Source: Lytechinus pictus
Taxonomy: Eukaryota
DNA length: 64,000 nt
NCBI RefSeq assembly: GCF_037042905.1
Contig: NC_087250.1
Span: forward strand, 14,262,001 to 14,326,000
Reading direction: 5' to 3'
A program made the position numbers and the translations under genes. Shown in pieces: positions 25,525 to 39,853 of this stretch. Under the pieces are notes generated by a model. The model worked only from the letters and a program-made list of their open reading frames with translations, did not search any database and was not told the origin of the DNA. Within the stretch, counting starts at the first letter, position 1; every line of letters starts with the position of its first letter.

Positions 25525-26748
25525 AGGACAAGTTCACGTCAACAAAACGTTAAATTGAGTAAAATGAGAAAATCAAACTAGCATAATGCTGAAAGTTTCA
25601 TCAAAATCGGATGTAAAATGTAAAATAAGAAAGTTTTGACGTTTTAAACTTCGCTTAATTTCACAAAACAGTTATATGCACATCCTGATCGGTATGCAAA
25701 TGAGGGGACTGATGACAACACTCACACACTATTCTTTTGTAGCTCATTATATGAAATATGAAATATTTGAATTTTTCTCCTGATTGTCATGTTAAATAAA
25801 GTTTTATTCTTCCCTGAACATGCGGAAATGATTGTTTAAACATTTTTTTTTTGTTTAGTCAAATTGGTCATTATTGTCAAATCTGTGAAAATTGAAATAT
25901 TGTATAATTCAAACAATAAAAAACAAAAGAAATAGTGAGTGAGGGACACCATCGACTCTCTCATTTGCATATCACTGAGTTGTGCATATACATTTGAGAC
26001 CAAAAATTTACATACACCCAGGAAATTCAAAGAAAAATTGACACTTGCCAAACATCATAAAATTTACTGTATCTTAAAAATTATTTGTGCTATCATGAAG
26101 AATTTAATATCAAACAAATGAGTATGCCATGCCCCTTCATCACATTGCTTTGTCATCAGGAGCTGAAACAAATTTTGGTGTCATGTTTTCCCCTAAAATC
26201 TTCATATTCTAGAGGAATCAAAAATAAAAACATTTATATTTGCTAGTTACTTCTAAACACAAACATTTCAGATTACACTTTTGTGTTCAGTGGTGACATA
26301 TCATGAATGTTAATGTAATATAAATCATAGATTTAACATTTATATATTTCTATGAAACGATGTTTAAAAACACAATAATAAACAATAGAATACATTTGGC
26401 ACGAATATTACTTTTTTCAAAGAAAATTCCACCTGAAATAAACTTTAATCCCAACGGCATCCCAATCATGTGAAAGAGCTTAATACACTCTTTTATTTGA
26501 TACCAAATTGATACCAAATATGGTTAATTTTACGATTTGGCAAGCGAGCAGATTTCACTTAATTCCATGGGTGTTTGTAACTATTAGCCTCAACTGTAAC
26601 TGTTTTGTAAAATATGTAAAATATAAGCGAAACTTTCAAATGCCATAGCTTATTTCATATCCGATTTCGATGGAATTTGCATAATTATGCTTGCTTTATT
26701 TTTCTCTATTGATTCAAATCAACACTTTTCTGGGGTGGACTTGACCTT
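25525..26748. mobile_element. Kolobok-like MITE (same family as 24544-25070) interrupted by a Tc1-like element
   Basis: aggacaagttcac ... gggtggacttgacct; the family motif gtgcatata|actgttttg is split at 25990/26597. Confidence 0.75.
25991..26596. mobile_element. Tc1-like non-autonomous element
   Basis: TA-CATTTGAGACCAAAAATTTACATACACCC ... GGGTGTTTGTAACTATTAGCCTCAACTG-TA. Confidence 0.75.
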
Positions 26749-27789
26749 AGATATTAAGTTTCTGTCATCAGCAAATAAAACTATGTAATGATGTGTTAAA
26801 TAATTATTAATATCATTAACATAATAAAGACAAAAAATGGGCCAATGATTGAACATTGCGGAATTCCGCGCTTAACAGATGGCAGGGGGGGGGGGGAAAT
26901 AAGAATCAACACAGGCAGGGAAAATGTCTCCTCCTTTTTTTTTATACATTTTTCAAGGCTGTTCCTTGAATACCATAGTAATACAATTTTTAATCATGAT
27001 ATCAAAATCTATGGTGTCGAATGCTTTGGAGAGATCAATAAAAAAAAAAAGGCAAAAAAGTTCTTCAACCTCGTAAGGGGGGGCAAAAAAGTTTTTTTAA
27101 GCTCGTCAGGGGGGGGGGCATGTATACGTTTTTTGCATTGGTTGTGACTCGTCAGGGGGGGCACACTGCCCCCCCCCCGTAGGTACGGTAGTGTTTGTTA
27201 GCCTTTTTTTTAATTGAAATAATTCTAGAGACCTATAATTTATGAGGGAAAATGTCTTTTTTTCTAAACATTTGTTGAAAGTATAACATATAGCATTGGC
27301 TATGGAAAAAATACACGCTTTATGACTTTTGACGAAATATCATCAAAACCACTTGAATTGCTATTATTCTGCTTATCACATATTTATTCATTTCGCCTTG
27401 GCTAGTGCAGGGGAAAGGAATATTGAGTTGGAAAAATTCATATTTGAATAATCAGTAAATCATTTTGGGAGGATTGGAATATTCTTATAAAAAACTGGAT
27501 CAAACTTTCAGGATGAATTGTGTAAAAGGTAAAGCGTGCATTGAATAATTCCGAAATTTATATCTTTTTTTTCATCACTTTCGCACTGTACAACATATGA
27601 ACCTGCATTTTTGTTAAGAGCGTGGTTTATTTTTTTCAAAGTCTTTGTTTCATTGCTACTTGCAATATTTAGTATATTTATGATAATATTGTCGCTATCT
27701 GTTTCGGTAAGTTTCATGGTGGTTGGCATTTTATCTTAGAAATATGCGGTATAATTCATTCTTCTTTGATTCATTCTTCTTCTTCTTTT

Positions 27790-28130
27790 GCATTGCTGAC
27801 AGAATCTCTCAGCCACACAACTTGGGGTGACAGAGCCTTCTACATCTCTGGACCAAAGCTGTGGAATAGCCTTCCCCAATTTATCAGGAGAGCAGAGACC
27901 CAATCAACTTTTGAGTCTTACCTGAAGACTTTTCTGTTCCCCACTCCAACATTATTGCAAGAATAACTCAATTGTAGCATTACTTGGACAGTACTTGAAC
28001 TGAATGATGATCCTAAGCACTGTTTGAAGACATTGAAATTTGTGAGATATTTCCTATTTTTTAGCAAGCGCCATGAGCGCCCAGCTGAGGCGGATACCGG
28101 CGCTATACAAGAACCCATCATCATCATCTT
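27790..28130 (+). mobile_element. L2-clade LINE 3' fragment
   Basis: WGDRAFYISGPKLWNSLPQFIRRAETQSTFESYLKTFLF is the typical L2 ORF2 C-terminus; 3' end gcgctatacaagaaccc(atc)n. Confidence 0.85.
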
Positions 28131-28553
28131 CTTTATCAATTGAATTAAAAATCTCCCTTGTAATCCATGGTTGTCGGGGACATGTTTACGATTACATGTT
28201 CAACATTCTGAAGGGAAAATATTTATTGTTCAGCTCCTGAAAATTACTTTAAAAAAAACATAGCTCCATTTGGGTTCTCAATTTAAAAAATACCGGACCA
28301 GTTATGCATGCACAAAATTTTATCTGATAAATTTCGTTGTTAAAGTCTTTTTAGTTGACCTTGTAAATGGGATTTTGAAATGTGAAATAAAAGTAAAATG
28401 ATCTGATATATCAAATAATAAAACACGATTGTTTGGCTGACAAAAAATGTTGTCAATGCATGAAATTTAATTAGCTGATACACGTGTTGATAGTTTTAAA
28501 TAACTGTTCTGAAAAGGGACATGTTAATTAATTGTTTGCAGTGATTCATTTAA

Positions 28554-29107
28554 AGTGATACCCCGGGCTGAGAATATATATATATAAATAAATAGAGTAA
28601 AAAATAACGAAGTTTATTGAAATTTAAAATTTAGCAGTATTTTGTGAAAACAGTTATAAGCACATCGTCATGAATATTCATTAGGTGGGCTGATGATGTC
28701 ACATCCCCACTTTGCCTTTTCTTATGTTATTACATGCAATCATAATTGTTTCATACATGTGTAAATGATGTGTCTCCATTATAATGAAATGAAGTTGCAG
28801 TAATAATTAATAACTGATGCACTTAATTAGTTGCTACTCCAATTATTTTAGTTCGTGGTAGAAAATTTTTGAATAAACCTAATTTCATATAATAAAATAC
28901 AAAATAAAAAGTGAGGATATGACATCATCAGTTTGTTCATTGAATATTTATAAAGACATAGCTAGAACCTTTTTATCGGAATAATGTAAATCTTTAAAAT
29001 TCAATAACTTTATTTGTTATCCGATTTTGATCAAATTTTCTGCATTTTGCTCAGTAAATATTACTCTATTTATTAGAATATGAATATCTCTAGCCTGGAG
29101 CGTTCCT
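28554..29107. mobile_element. Kolobok-like MITE (family of 30375 and 55860)
   Basis: TTAA-flanked; internal tattcattaggtgggctgatgatgtcacatcccc shared with the other copies. Confidence 0.8.
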
Positions 29108-29366
29108 TTAATAGAATACAATTTTTACCAACTGATAGAATGAGTACAAAGCATGAACTGAAAATGTTGGATATTTTATTTTGAAAACTAAACACGTTTA
29201 CACATTTTTTTACATTAAAACAAAGTCAGTTTCTGCATCTGTAATTGACCAAGCTTGCACCTCAAAATCATAATGCGAGCGCGAAGCGCGAGTTGAAACT
29301 ATTGGTATAGTACTGACCGGAGAAGGAAAATTTTAAGCACTATCCAACAAGAAGGAAAATTGTGGA

Positions 29367-29423
<57 letters not shown>

Positions 29424-30374
29424 TATGATGCCAACTCGAACCAATAATTTACCATTAAATGAAATGTGGTCCGAATGGACTTTGTAACAAACATGTTTCA
29501 GAGAAAGAAGAGAGAATAAGATCGTCATAATCCATTTTTTCCCCTAATGTAGTGAAACTTATTTATATTTTTTTTTGAAAAAGAAGTATGATAAGCTTTA
29601 ACTTCCTCATCATTTATATGAATTCCGTCAAACTCAAAATAAGTTCAGAACACTAGTTAACAAAGAAAAAACTAGAGTAATTTAAAACATAACTGAAATG
29701 TGTGAAGGTAATCGTAAGAAATTATGGAAAGAAATCAATAAATTTACAGGACCAGGGCAGAAACAAAAACATATACCCAAAACTTTTAACGAGGATGGCT
29801 TTCACAAATTTTTTTAATGAATGTTGGCAAAACAAATTCAAACTCATTTTAAAACGATGCTTTTGGTTGGAATCATTCTGACAGCATTTATGCTGACATT
29901 CCCTTGTGTCACCAGGGAAAAGGTAACAAAAATCCTTTTCACATTTGCCGAGTGGCTCTAATCTTGATTGTTTAGATACCAAATCTATTGTGGCCGCCCT
30001 CTGTCTTGGAACCGGTCCTGGAAGCTGGGAGGCCGGTCTGCCCAATTAATGATTACACAGGTTAGAGACGGTAACTTAAATTTAGTTTAGGACAGCGGTC
30101 ATAGCTTACTTGATCATCGTTCAGCATTTGTACATGTTATCACAATTAACACCAACACCAATTACCTGAATTTTTCCGCAGTAGTACAACTTATATTCAT
30201 CCACAGCCTGTTGAAGAGGAGAGCGGGGAGTTTGTCATCCGACCACGACCTCTGCCAGCAGCGCCGAAATGACTAAATCACCGCGATAGTCTAGTCCACT
30301 GCGAGATCTGCATTACGCAATACGTTGCGTCCGTCCAGCTCTCAAGCAACCAAAATAGAGCCATCTGCATTTAA

Positions 30375-30977
30375 AGGGATGGTCCAGGTTGGAGACATTT
30401 TTAGCTCAATAGATAGAGCAAAATTCACAAAGCAAAATGCTTAAAATTTGATCAAAATCGAAAAACAAATAACAGAGTTATTTCATTTTAAATATTTGCA
30501 TTATTCCGGTGAAACAGTTCTAGGCATGTATTTATAAATATTCATCAGGTGGGCTGATGATGTCATATCCCCACTTGATTTTTTGTATTTTATTACATGA
30601 AATTATGTTTATGCCAAATTTTTCTACCAAGAACTAAAACAACTGGATTGACAACTGATTAAGTGCATTACTTATTCATTGCCACAACTTATTTCATCAT
30701 AATGGAGACGCATCATTTACATAAGTATGAAAAAATGAAACATTTATGATTTCATGTAATAACATTTAAAAAAAGGAAAGTGGGGATATGACATCATCAG
30801 CCCACCTAATGAATATTAATGACGATGTGCATATAACTGTTTTCACAAAAATTGATAAACTTTAAAATTCAATAACTTCGTTATCTGATATCCGATTTTG
30901 ATGAAATTTTCAGCATTTTGCTTCCTGAATTTCACTCTATTTATAGATATAAATATCATCAGCCCGGACCATCCATT
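30375..30977. mobile_element. Kolobok-like MITE
   Basis: TTAA-AGGGATGGTCCAGGTTG ... CAGCCCGGACCATCC; same family as 55860-56441. Confidence 0.85.
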
Positions 30978-32909
30978 TCGAGCAAGATAACCAACATCGT
31001 AGCAAACAGGTTCGCTACACAGCCCCTCATTAAGGAATGCGTCCTCACATTAACTCTTTAAGAGCCATTGGCAGCTATACGTGCCCATAGCCCTCTAGTG
31101 CCATTGGCAGCTATACATGCCCAAGTAACTTTTTTTTGTTTAACCAATTTTACAGCCAGAAAATAAACACCATATTCTGTGTTTTTTATGTTGTTATACT
31201 GGCAAGGAATTCACAATTCATTTTATCATATATAAAATAGTGGTTTACATAGACATTTTTTGAGTAAAATTGTATTTTTGCATCATTATTTTGAAGAGTT
31301 GATTTCGGATATTGCCGCGATCTGAATCAAGATTTCCCCTATAGACACGTGTGATATAACGGTTGTGTGTAGCAACACACGTACTTCTATGGGCAGAGCA
31401 AAGGCGATTGTGCGAAGGCATTCAGCTCGGAATTGACCAATGACAGAGCGGTACGATGTTCCTCACCCAACACTACTCGCCCATTCGCTATCGTTACATG
31501 AATATTCATGAGCTATCGATCGGGTCTTTTCCAGGCCGGTATGGTAGTATTCTTGTGTCAAGGATTTTTTTCTGCCTGTAAATGTGCACGGTTTGGGGGA
31601 GATTTTTTTTTTTGGGGGGGGCGGTGGAAAGGTCTTATACTTTTGTTTTTTAGCATTCTCACAAAATTGTTCCCGATATACATATATGAGTAAAGAAGGC
31701 TGTCATTTCCAACTCTCGTCGCACTGCAATCATCACACTCATTATTTATTTATTCATTTATTATTGTTATTATTATTATCATTATTGGTATTACTATTAT
31801 CATAATCATTATTATCATTATTGTTATTGTAATAATTATTATCATTATCATTATTCTTCTTCTTCACCTTCTTCTTATTCTCCATCCTATTGCAGATATC
31901 CATCATAATTCAGAAATTCAAAGTTCAAATTTTATTTTCCACAATTCCATGAAAAACTAAACTATTACATGTGTGATATGAGCTTATCAAGTAACGATGC
32001 CAGTGCTTGTGCTGGTGGTCGTGGTGGCAGAGGTGTGCTTTTTTCCCCTTGATTTCTTGTTATCATTCTCAAAATTATCCATGCTATCTTTACCATCATC
32101 ATCATCATCATCATCATTTAGATTAGTCAATTTGACGCATATTGTCGATGCTAAATGTCTTAAAGTCGAAACAAATATTTAAATAAAAATTATGTATTTT
32201 AATGGCAATAAGTCAATGGAAGGTGTTGGGGAAAGAGACAGAGGAATTTTAATCTTTAATTTAAGGAAAGAAAAGCTATTGTTCGTATCGGAACATTTGA
32301 AAGTATTCAATTGTCAAATCAAAAGACGCGCGCGTGCCCCGATGTCTATGAACATCCTGTGCTAAATTGCTCTCCTCGATAATAGGTCAGGAGGGAGCGC
32401 GGATTAGACATTCCTCATGAAAGAGAGTCTGTGCATCTATTGTTCATGACTTGGTGGCATGAACAATAAAATGAAGTCGCTATCAGACAGGTGGCTACTT
32501 TGGTCGAAGATTATTCTTTTTAATACCGAAGCAGATATAATTAATATTTCACCCCCATTATGAAATGTCCACAGAGTGAATTTTACCTGTAATGTTTATC
32601 TTTCTTTCACTGTTCAGCTACGATTTTATATCAAAAAGAGATCCCGTTGGACTTCCTGGCAGTCGACGAAGACCGTTGCCTTTTTCAAACCGGTTACGAT
32701 TTTTCTAAAACATGTTTTGCAAATCAAATATTCAAATGCATTACGACAATATTGACAAGAATTGAAATGACATAAATTTTACTCTGCAATGATAATTTTG
32801 TTTCCCCCATAGCGTTTGTTGCGGAATACCGCGCATTTTGTAAAATTACAAGGTCTTGTTTTGAAGACTACACGAATGTAAGGGTACGGTTGGCTGCACT
32901 GTGAAGATA

Positions 32910-33161
32910 CGGTGCCAGGTAAAAATGGCAGAGGTAATAATGGCAGAGGTAAAAATGGCAGAGGTAAAAATGGCAGAGGTAATAATGGCAGAGGTAAAAA
33001 TGGCAGAGGTAAAAATGGCAGAGGTAATAATGGCAGAGGTAATAATGGCAGAGGTAAAATGGCAGGGGTTTTAATGGGAGAGGTTAACATGACAGCTCTA
33101 GGTAAAATATGGCCAGTCTTAAACCCCCATGCAATGAATTGTCAAAAAGCCCCCGCATGTA
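32910..33161 (+). repeat. 15-bp tandem array (AAAAATGGCAGAGGT)n plus an element terminus
   Basis: About ten units followed by aaacccccatgcaatgaattgtcaaaaagccccc; that terminus is inverted at 34219-34260. Confidence 0.85.
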
Positions 33162-34295
33162 AAATCCTGAATATTTTTCCACATTTTAACATTGGTACAG
33201 ATCCATTTAAGCAAATGACGATATAACTGTCGAAAAATATTTCCGCTTGAGTGAGCATCACTTACTTTTGAAAAGTTAGTGAAAAGTGAGGTGCTGGTTT
33301 GTTAAAAAACCGAGAAAAAAAGTTTATACTCCAAAATGAAAGGGGGTTTGGTTAAGGGGGAAAATGACACAAAAAATTATTTCAACTAAATGAAGTTCTC
33401 TTAGGTCAGAAAAAGAATTACAATAAAAATAATAACAATTAGATAATAAACAATGTTTTTTCTTTTGTTTGAAAAATAACAGAGATTTGTATCAAATCTC
33501 TACATTTTAGCATACCAAGCTAATTACCAAGAGGGTGCTGCGTATGGTGTACAAAATACCCAACAGTACTTCCGCTTCCAAGGGTTATGACCATCAAGGC
33601 GTTTATATCATATTGGATGCAGTGGTTAAGTTTCAGGGTCTTCTTTTATGCAAAGAATCTGAACCAGACGGTCTCCCTTGATCGACCCCAAATTGGTTTA
33701 CCAGTCAAAACAAGATTATTATTGATTTTCATAATCAGTTACATATTCAGTGCCAAGCCCGGGAATGCATGCTTACTGTCATTCAATTACTTAAAAAGAA
33801 TAGTACAGACGACATTACAAATAAGGACATAATATTTAACCATAATCATTCGTGATAATTTCAACGTCTAAGCTTTCCCCGCTATGTTCTCTATGTTTTT
33901 CCCCGCCCCTTACCCTCTCTGTCTCTCCACCTCTCTTATGTCTACTCTTCCTCATTTTTGCATTGGTAAACCTGGCAAAACTTTAGATATAAAAAAAACA
34001 GCCAGACAAAAAGGAATGTAATAAAATGATGAATGAGAATAGTGTAGTTTTATTTTGCTCCTGATAAATTGAATGAAAAAAAAACTGTTGTTTGATTTCT
34101 TTTTAAAAAGTGTTCACGGTACACCTCCAACGAATTCGTAAATAGCATTGTTAGGCCGATGAAGACATAATGATGATGAAATTCCTAACCGTGACATGCA
34201 CTTGTTATTTAATGTATGTACATGCGGGGGCTTTTTGACAATTCATTGCATGGGGGTTCAGGGGCGCAAATCTCTCCCAAAAGGTAGGGGGGACA

Positions 34296-35604
34296 CAGGG
34301 GCGGATCCAGTCTTCGCCAATAGGGGGGGGGGGGCGGAAATTTGTTTCAGCCATATTTCCCCCGATCGGCAGCTCGAAGATGATTTGTGTTTGTTTCTTT
34401 GAAGGGGTAGTCCTCATTAGTCACTTCTTAGCTTTATATTCATATAAATTCATATATAATATCATAATCCTTATTTATATGATGCGAGCGCGAAGCGCGA
34501 GCTAATTTATTGGAAATTTTATGTATTTTTCCCTAAAATTTGAACATTCTGGGCAATGTTTGTTATCCTGAAAAAAATATGTATGCAACTTAATAATTAC
34601 TACGAACGCAAAGCGCGAGCAGAAATGAACTGATGGAAAAGATACCTATTAAAGACTGCGTGCAGTTAGCATTTAACAATCAAATAATGCGAGCGCGAAG
34701 CGCAATTAGCTGATTTTTTTTTTACATTTTCACCTAAAGAATGGAAATTCTAAGCACTTTATGTAACTCAAGCAGAATATAGGTATATAGCGCGAGCGGA
34801 AAATTTCGAGATTTAGTCCTATAATATTTACTGAACGAGACACTCTATTCATGTTTTGTAAATCATGAGTATTAATCATGCGAGCGCATAGCGCGAGCAG
34901 AAAATTTTTATATACGTACCTGTTGAAAAGGTACCTGTTGAGGACTGCTTGCACTTAGCCATGAAGGTGTTACTTATTTCAACAATCAAAAAATGCGAGC
35001 GTGAAGCGCGAGATGAAACATTTTGAAAATTTCTAAAGAAAGTGGAAAATTTTAATCAATTTTTGTAATCGTGAACAGGATAGCTATATAATTCAATAAT
35101 TGATGCGAGCGCAAAGTGCTAGCAGGAAAAAAAAATCGAGATTTAGACCTTAAAATGGGCCACTCTGTTCATGTTTTGTAAACAGCCATAGGCTGATCGA
35201 GGGCTTTTTACCGTGTTTAAATAAAATAAATCAATCAAAATCAATGTTTTGTAAATCATGAAAAGGATGAGTAATAGGGGGTCTTCCTACATTAATAATG
35301 CGAGCACAAAGCGCGAGTAGAAAAAAAAATGATATTGTGATCTGAAACTGGATAATGATTTAAATAGAGAACAAGTTGAGTATTTGAATAAACATGCGCG
35401 CGTGTGTTTCATATTTAGACCTAGAATCTAGGCATTATAAATACATCTTTAATCATGAAACTTTGATATTCCGATCTGAAAAAAGAGTCAATTACAGCTT
35501 TATATTTCAAGCACTTTGTAGGAAAATTGTAAGGTGGATATGGATTGCACTTAAAAAAAGAGCTAAAATTGTCATTATTATTACTTTGAGTTTTGACATA
35601 GGAC
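34296..35604 (-). mobile_element. Truncated hAT-like element with TGCGAGCGCGAAGCGCGAGC repeats
   Basis: Starts caggggcggatcc; the motif recurs about eight times; it ends abruptly at the left end of the giant foldback. Confidence 0.55.
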
Positions 35605-36653
35605 CGGGACGCGTGTTTCCGTTTTACACCCTGGCGAAGGCATTTTCCGGAAAAATAGCCACAAAGCGACTTGTGAAGAGTCTACGTCTACGTTTGTTTA
35701 CATAATCAGCTGGGCGCGCGATCCAAAAGTCCGCACCGAAGATATCCGCAGAACATACGTGCAAATGCAGCTGAGCTTATAGACCAAAAGCGATCAGTCT
35801 CTGTATTTTGGTTGTTCCGCTGAACTATAATATACGTTGGCTTCATGATTTTTTTTACTTTATCGCACATGATCGTTTATATGAATGAAAACGAATAATA
35901 GCTAAAATATTGAAAAATAAAACACATAATTACTTTTTTTTTCATATTATATCTATCCTTATATCTATCATATCTGTCTATCCACTATCTATGTTATAAA
36001 TCAATCTATGGTACTACATGATATATCTATCTGTTAATTTGTCTATCTACTCTGTCTCTCTCATTCTCTATCTACCTATCTATATGTCTATCTATCTATC
36101 CATCTAACATCTATCTCTCAAATTCTCTATATATCCATCTGTCTCTCTTTTATTTCTCTCTATCCATCTGTTAATCTACTCATGTGCAATATCAACACTG
36201 CTTCGACTTCCTTCGGGAGTCTATTTCCTCAGCTCTACTTTTCCCTTTTTTGTGCTCGATTCGATTCAATTACTACTTTATTTACTTGTTACTATTGTTA
36301 AATGTCTTGTATTGCATAATGAGTTTTTTTTTCTGAAGGTTGCCTCCTATTCTCTTTCAAATTCCACCTCTTGCTTTCCCTTCTCTTTGTCTTATCCCAA
36401 TTTCTTTCCCTTCTCTCACCTCTTTCTTCTTAATCTTTCATTCCGCTTTTTTCTTCTTTGGTGACACTTTACTTTTGGCCTTTTGTATTTATTTATGATA
36501 CATTTATTTTTATCTGTATGAATTTGTATTGTATTTGATATTTATTTATAATGTTTACTTTATATTTTGTTATGATTCTATTTGTATGTAAACATTCACT
36601 TATTTCAGTCTTTGACTGCTTGTGATTTAATTTTGATAGTTTTTATTGCAATA

Positions 36654-36731
<78 letters not shown>

Positions 36732-37550
36732 AAATTCTCTCCATCTGTCTGCCTTTTTCTTTCTCTCTGTTTCTCTCTATCCGTCTATCTATCTCTCGAA
36801 TTCTCTCTATCCATCTGTCTGTCTGTCTGTCTCTCAAATTCTCTCTCTCTCTATCTATCTATCCATCTGTCTGTCTTTTTCTCTCTATCCGTCTATGTAT
36901 CTATCTCTCAAATTATATATCTATCTATCTATCTATCTATCTATGTAACTACATTATCTATCTCTTAATCTTCTTTGTCTCTCTCTCTCTATCTATCCAT
37001 CTGTCTTTCTCTAGTTCTCTCTCTCTCTCTCTATCAATCTATCTATCTATCTTCTATCTATCTATCTATATGTAACTGCAGTATCTATCGATCTGTTAAT
37101 TTGTCGCTCTTCTCTGTCTCTCTCATTCTTTATCTATATATATATCTATATCTATTTATCTATCTATCTATATATCTATCTAACATCTATCTATCTTTCA
37201 AATTCTCTATCTCTCTCTCCCTCTATCTATCTCTCCATCTGTCTTTCTCTATTTCTCTCTATCTATCTATCTTCTATCTATCTATTTATCTATCTATCTA
37301 TGTAACTACAGTATCTATCTATCTGTTAATTTGTCTATCTTCTCTGTCTCTCTCATTCTGTATCTATCTATCTATCTATTTATCTATCTATCTATATATC
37401 TATCTATAACATCTCTCCATCTCTCAAGTTCTCTCCCCCATCTATATATCTATCTATCTATCTTTTATCTATTTATCTATCTATGTAACTACAGTATCTA
37501 TCTATCTGTTAATTTATCTATCTTCTCTGTCTCTCTCATTCTTTATCTAC

Positions 37551-37583
<33 letters not shown>

Positions 37584-38262
37584 CATCTAACATCTACCTA
37601 TCTCTCAAATTCTCTATCTCTCTCTCTCTCTCTCCCTCTCTCTATCTATCTATCCATCTGTCTGTCTTTCTCTATTTCTCTCTATCTATCTATCTTCTAT
37701 CTATCTATTTATCTATCTATCTATGTAACTACAGTATCTATCTATCTGTTAATTTGTCTATCTTCTATGTCTCTCTCATTCTTTATCTATATATCTATCT
37801 AACATCTATCTATCTTTCAAATTCTCTATCTCTCTCTCTCCCTCTATCTATCTCTCCATCTGTCTGTCTTTTTTTTTCTCTCTTTGTCTATTTCTCTTTT
37901 TCCGTCCATATATATATATATATATATATATCTATCTATAACATCTCTCCATCTCTCAAGTTCTCTCCCCCATCTATATATCTATCTATCTATCTTTTAT
38001 CTATGTATCTATCTATGTAACTACAGTTCCTATTTATCTGTTAATTTGTCTATCTTCTCTGTCTCTCTCATTCTTTATCTATCTATCTAACATCTATCTA
38101 TCTCTCAGATTCTCTATCTCTCTCTCCCTCTCTCTCTCTCTCTTTCTCTCTTTATCTATCCATCTGTCTGTCTTTTTTTCTCTCTCTCTATTTCTCTTAA
38201 TCCGTCCATATATCTATCTATCTATCTATAACATCTCTCCATCTCTCAAGTTCTCTCCCCCC

Positions 38263-38316
<54 letters not shown>

Positions 38317-38317
38317 A

Positions 38318-38349
<32 letters not shown>

Positions 38350-38383
38350 CATCTCTCTGTCTTTCTCTCTCTCTCTCTACTTC

Positions 38384-38414
<31 letters not shown>

Positions 38415-39059
38415 GTCTCTATCTATTTATCAGTCTTCTATATCTATCTTTCGGCATCTAATTGTATCAATCCATCAAACTTCAATTTTCTTTCTATTAT
38501 ATGTATCTGTTTATTTTTTTTTTTCTGTCATTCTATTCATTTAGTTAATAATTTATATTTAGAAAAAAAAAACTTTTTCATAACTTTTCATTAAAAAAAC
38601 GTAACTGCAAAAGCATGTTCGGATTTCACTCATATGACTGCTCTCTGTACATGAAGTGCCGAGGAACTCTATGCTCTGATCAGTAACTGTGCAGATTGCA
38701 TGCGGTGGTGTGGGTGTGAGTCTACACACGTCGCTGGTTGCAGCGTGCGACACAGGCGAGCCCCACACCACCGGATGCAATCTGCACAGTTACTGATCAG
38801 GGCATAGAGTTCCTCGGCACTTCATGTACAGAGAGCAGTCATATGAGTAAAATCCGAACATGCTTTTGCAGTTACGTTTTTTTTATGAAAAGTTATGAAA
38901 AAGTTTTTTTTTTTCTAAATATAAATTATCAACTAAATGAATAGAATGACAGACAAAATAAAAATAAACAGATACATATAATAGAAAGAAAATTGAAGTT
39001 TGATGGATTGATACACATGCCGAAAGATAGATATAGAAGACTGATAAATAGATAGAGAC

Positions 39060-39118
<59 letters not shown>

Positions 39119-39195
39119 TATAGATAGATAGATAGATATATGGACGGATAAAGAGAAATAGAGAGAGAGAAAAAAAGACAGACATATGGATAGAT

Positions 39196-39238
<43 letters not shown>

Positions 39239-39561
39239 ATCTGAGAGATATATAGATGTTAGATAGATAGATAAAGAATGAGAGAGACAGAGAAGATAGA
39301 TAAATTAACAGATAAATAGAAACTGTAGTTACATAGATAGCTAGATAAATAGATAGATAGAAGATAGATAGAGAGAAATAGAGAAAGACAGACAGACGGA
39401 TAGATAGATAGAGGGGGGGAGAGAGATAGAGAATTTGAGAGATAGGTACATGTTAGATAGATAGATAGATAGATAGATAAAGAAAGAATGAGAGAGACAG
39501 AGAAGATAGATAAATTAACAGATATATAGATACTGTAGTTACATAGATAGATAAATAGATA

Positions 39562-39619
<58 letters not shown>

Positions 39620-39818
39620 GGGGGAGAGAACTTGAGAGATGGAGAGTTGTTATAGATAGATAGATATATATATATGGACGGAAAAAGAGAAATAGAGAAA
39701 GAGAGAAAAAAAAGACAGACAGAGGGATAGATAGATAGAGGGAGAGAGAGATAGAGAATTTGAAAGATAGATAGATGTTAGATATATATATAGATAGATA
39801 GATAAATAGATAGATAGG

Positions 39819-39853
<35 letters not shown>

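Larger units (their letters stand above)
23850..30365 (-). pseudogene. Old LINE (CR1-group-like) fragmented by later insertions
   Basis: 26760-26880 reads GIPQCSIIGPFF...VNDI...LFADD; 27200-27510 is similar to 7690-8000; 25080-25300 gives YYGYIMG/TDPPW C-terminal-like remnants; GC-rich putative 5' UTR near 30200-30365. Outer limits are tentative. Confidence 0.5.

Noticed and set aside
32779..33226. GKNGR / LPLP repeat proteins (and KMAEV at 9416-9601)
   Set aside because: Translations of a non-coding 15-bp tandem repeat.
1320..35600. A very large inversion suggested by inverted pairs 1320-2375/34480-35330 and 9405-9580/32910-33130
   Set aside because: The pairs are diverged members of dispersed repeat families and the sequence between them does not mirror.
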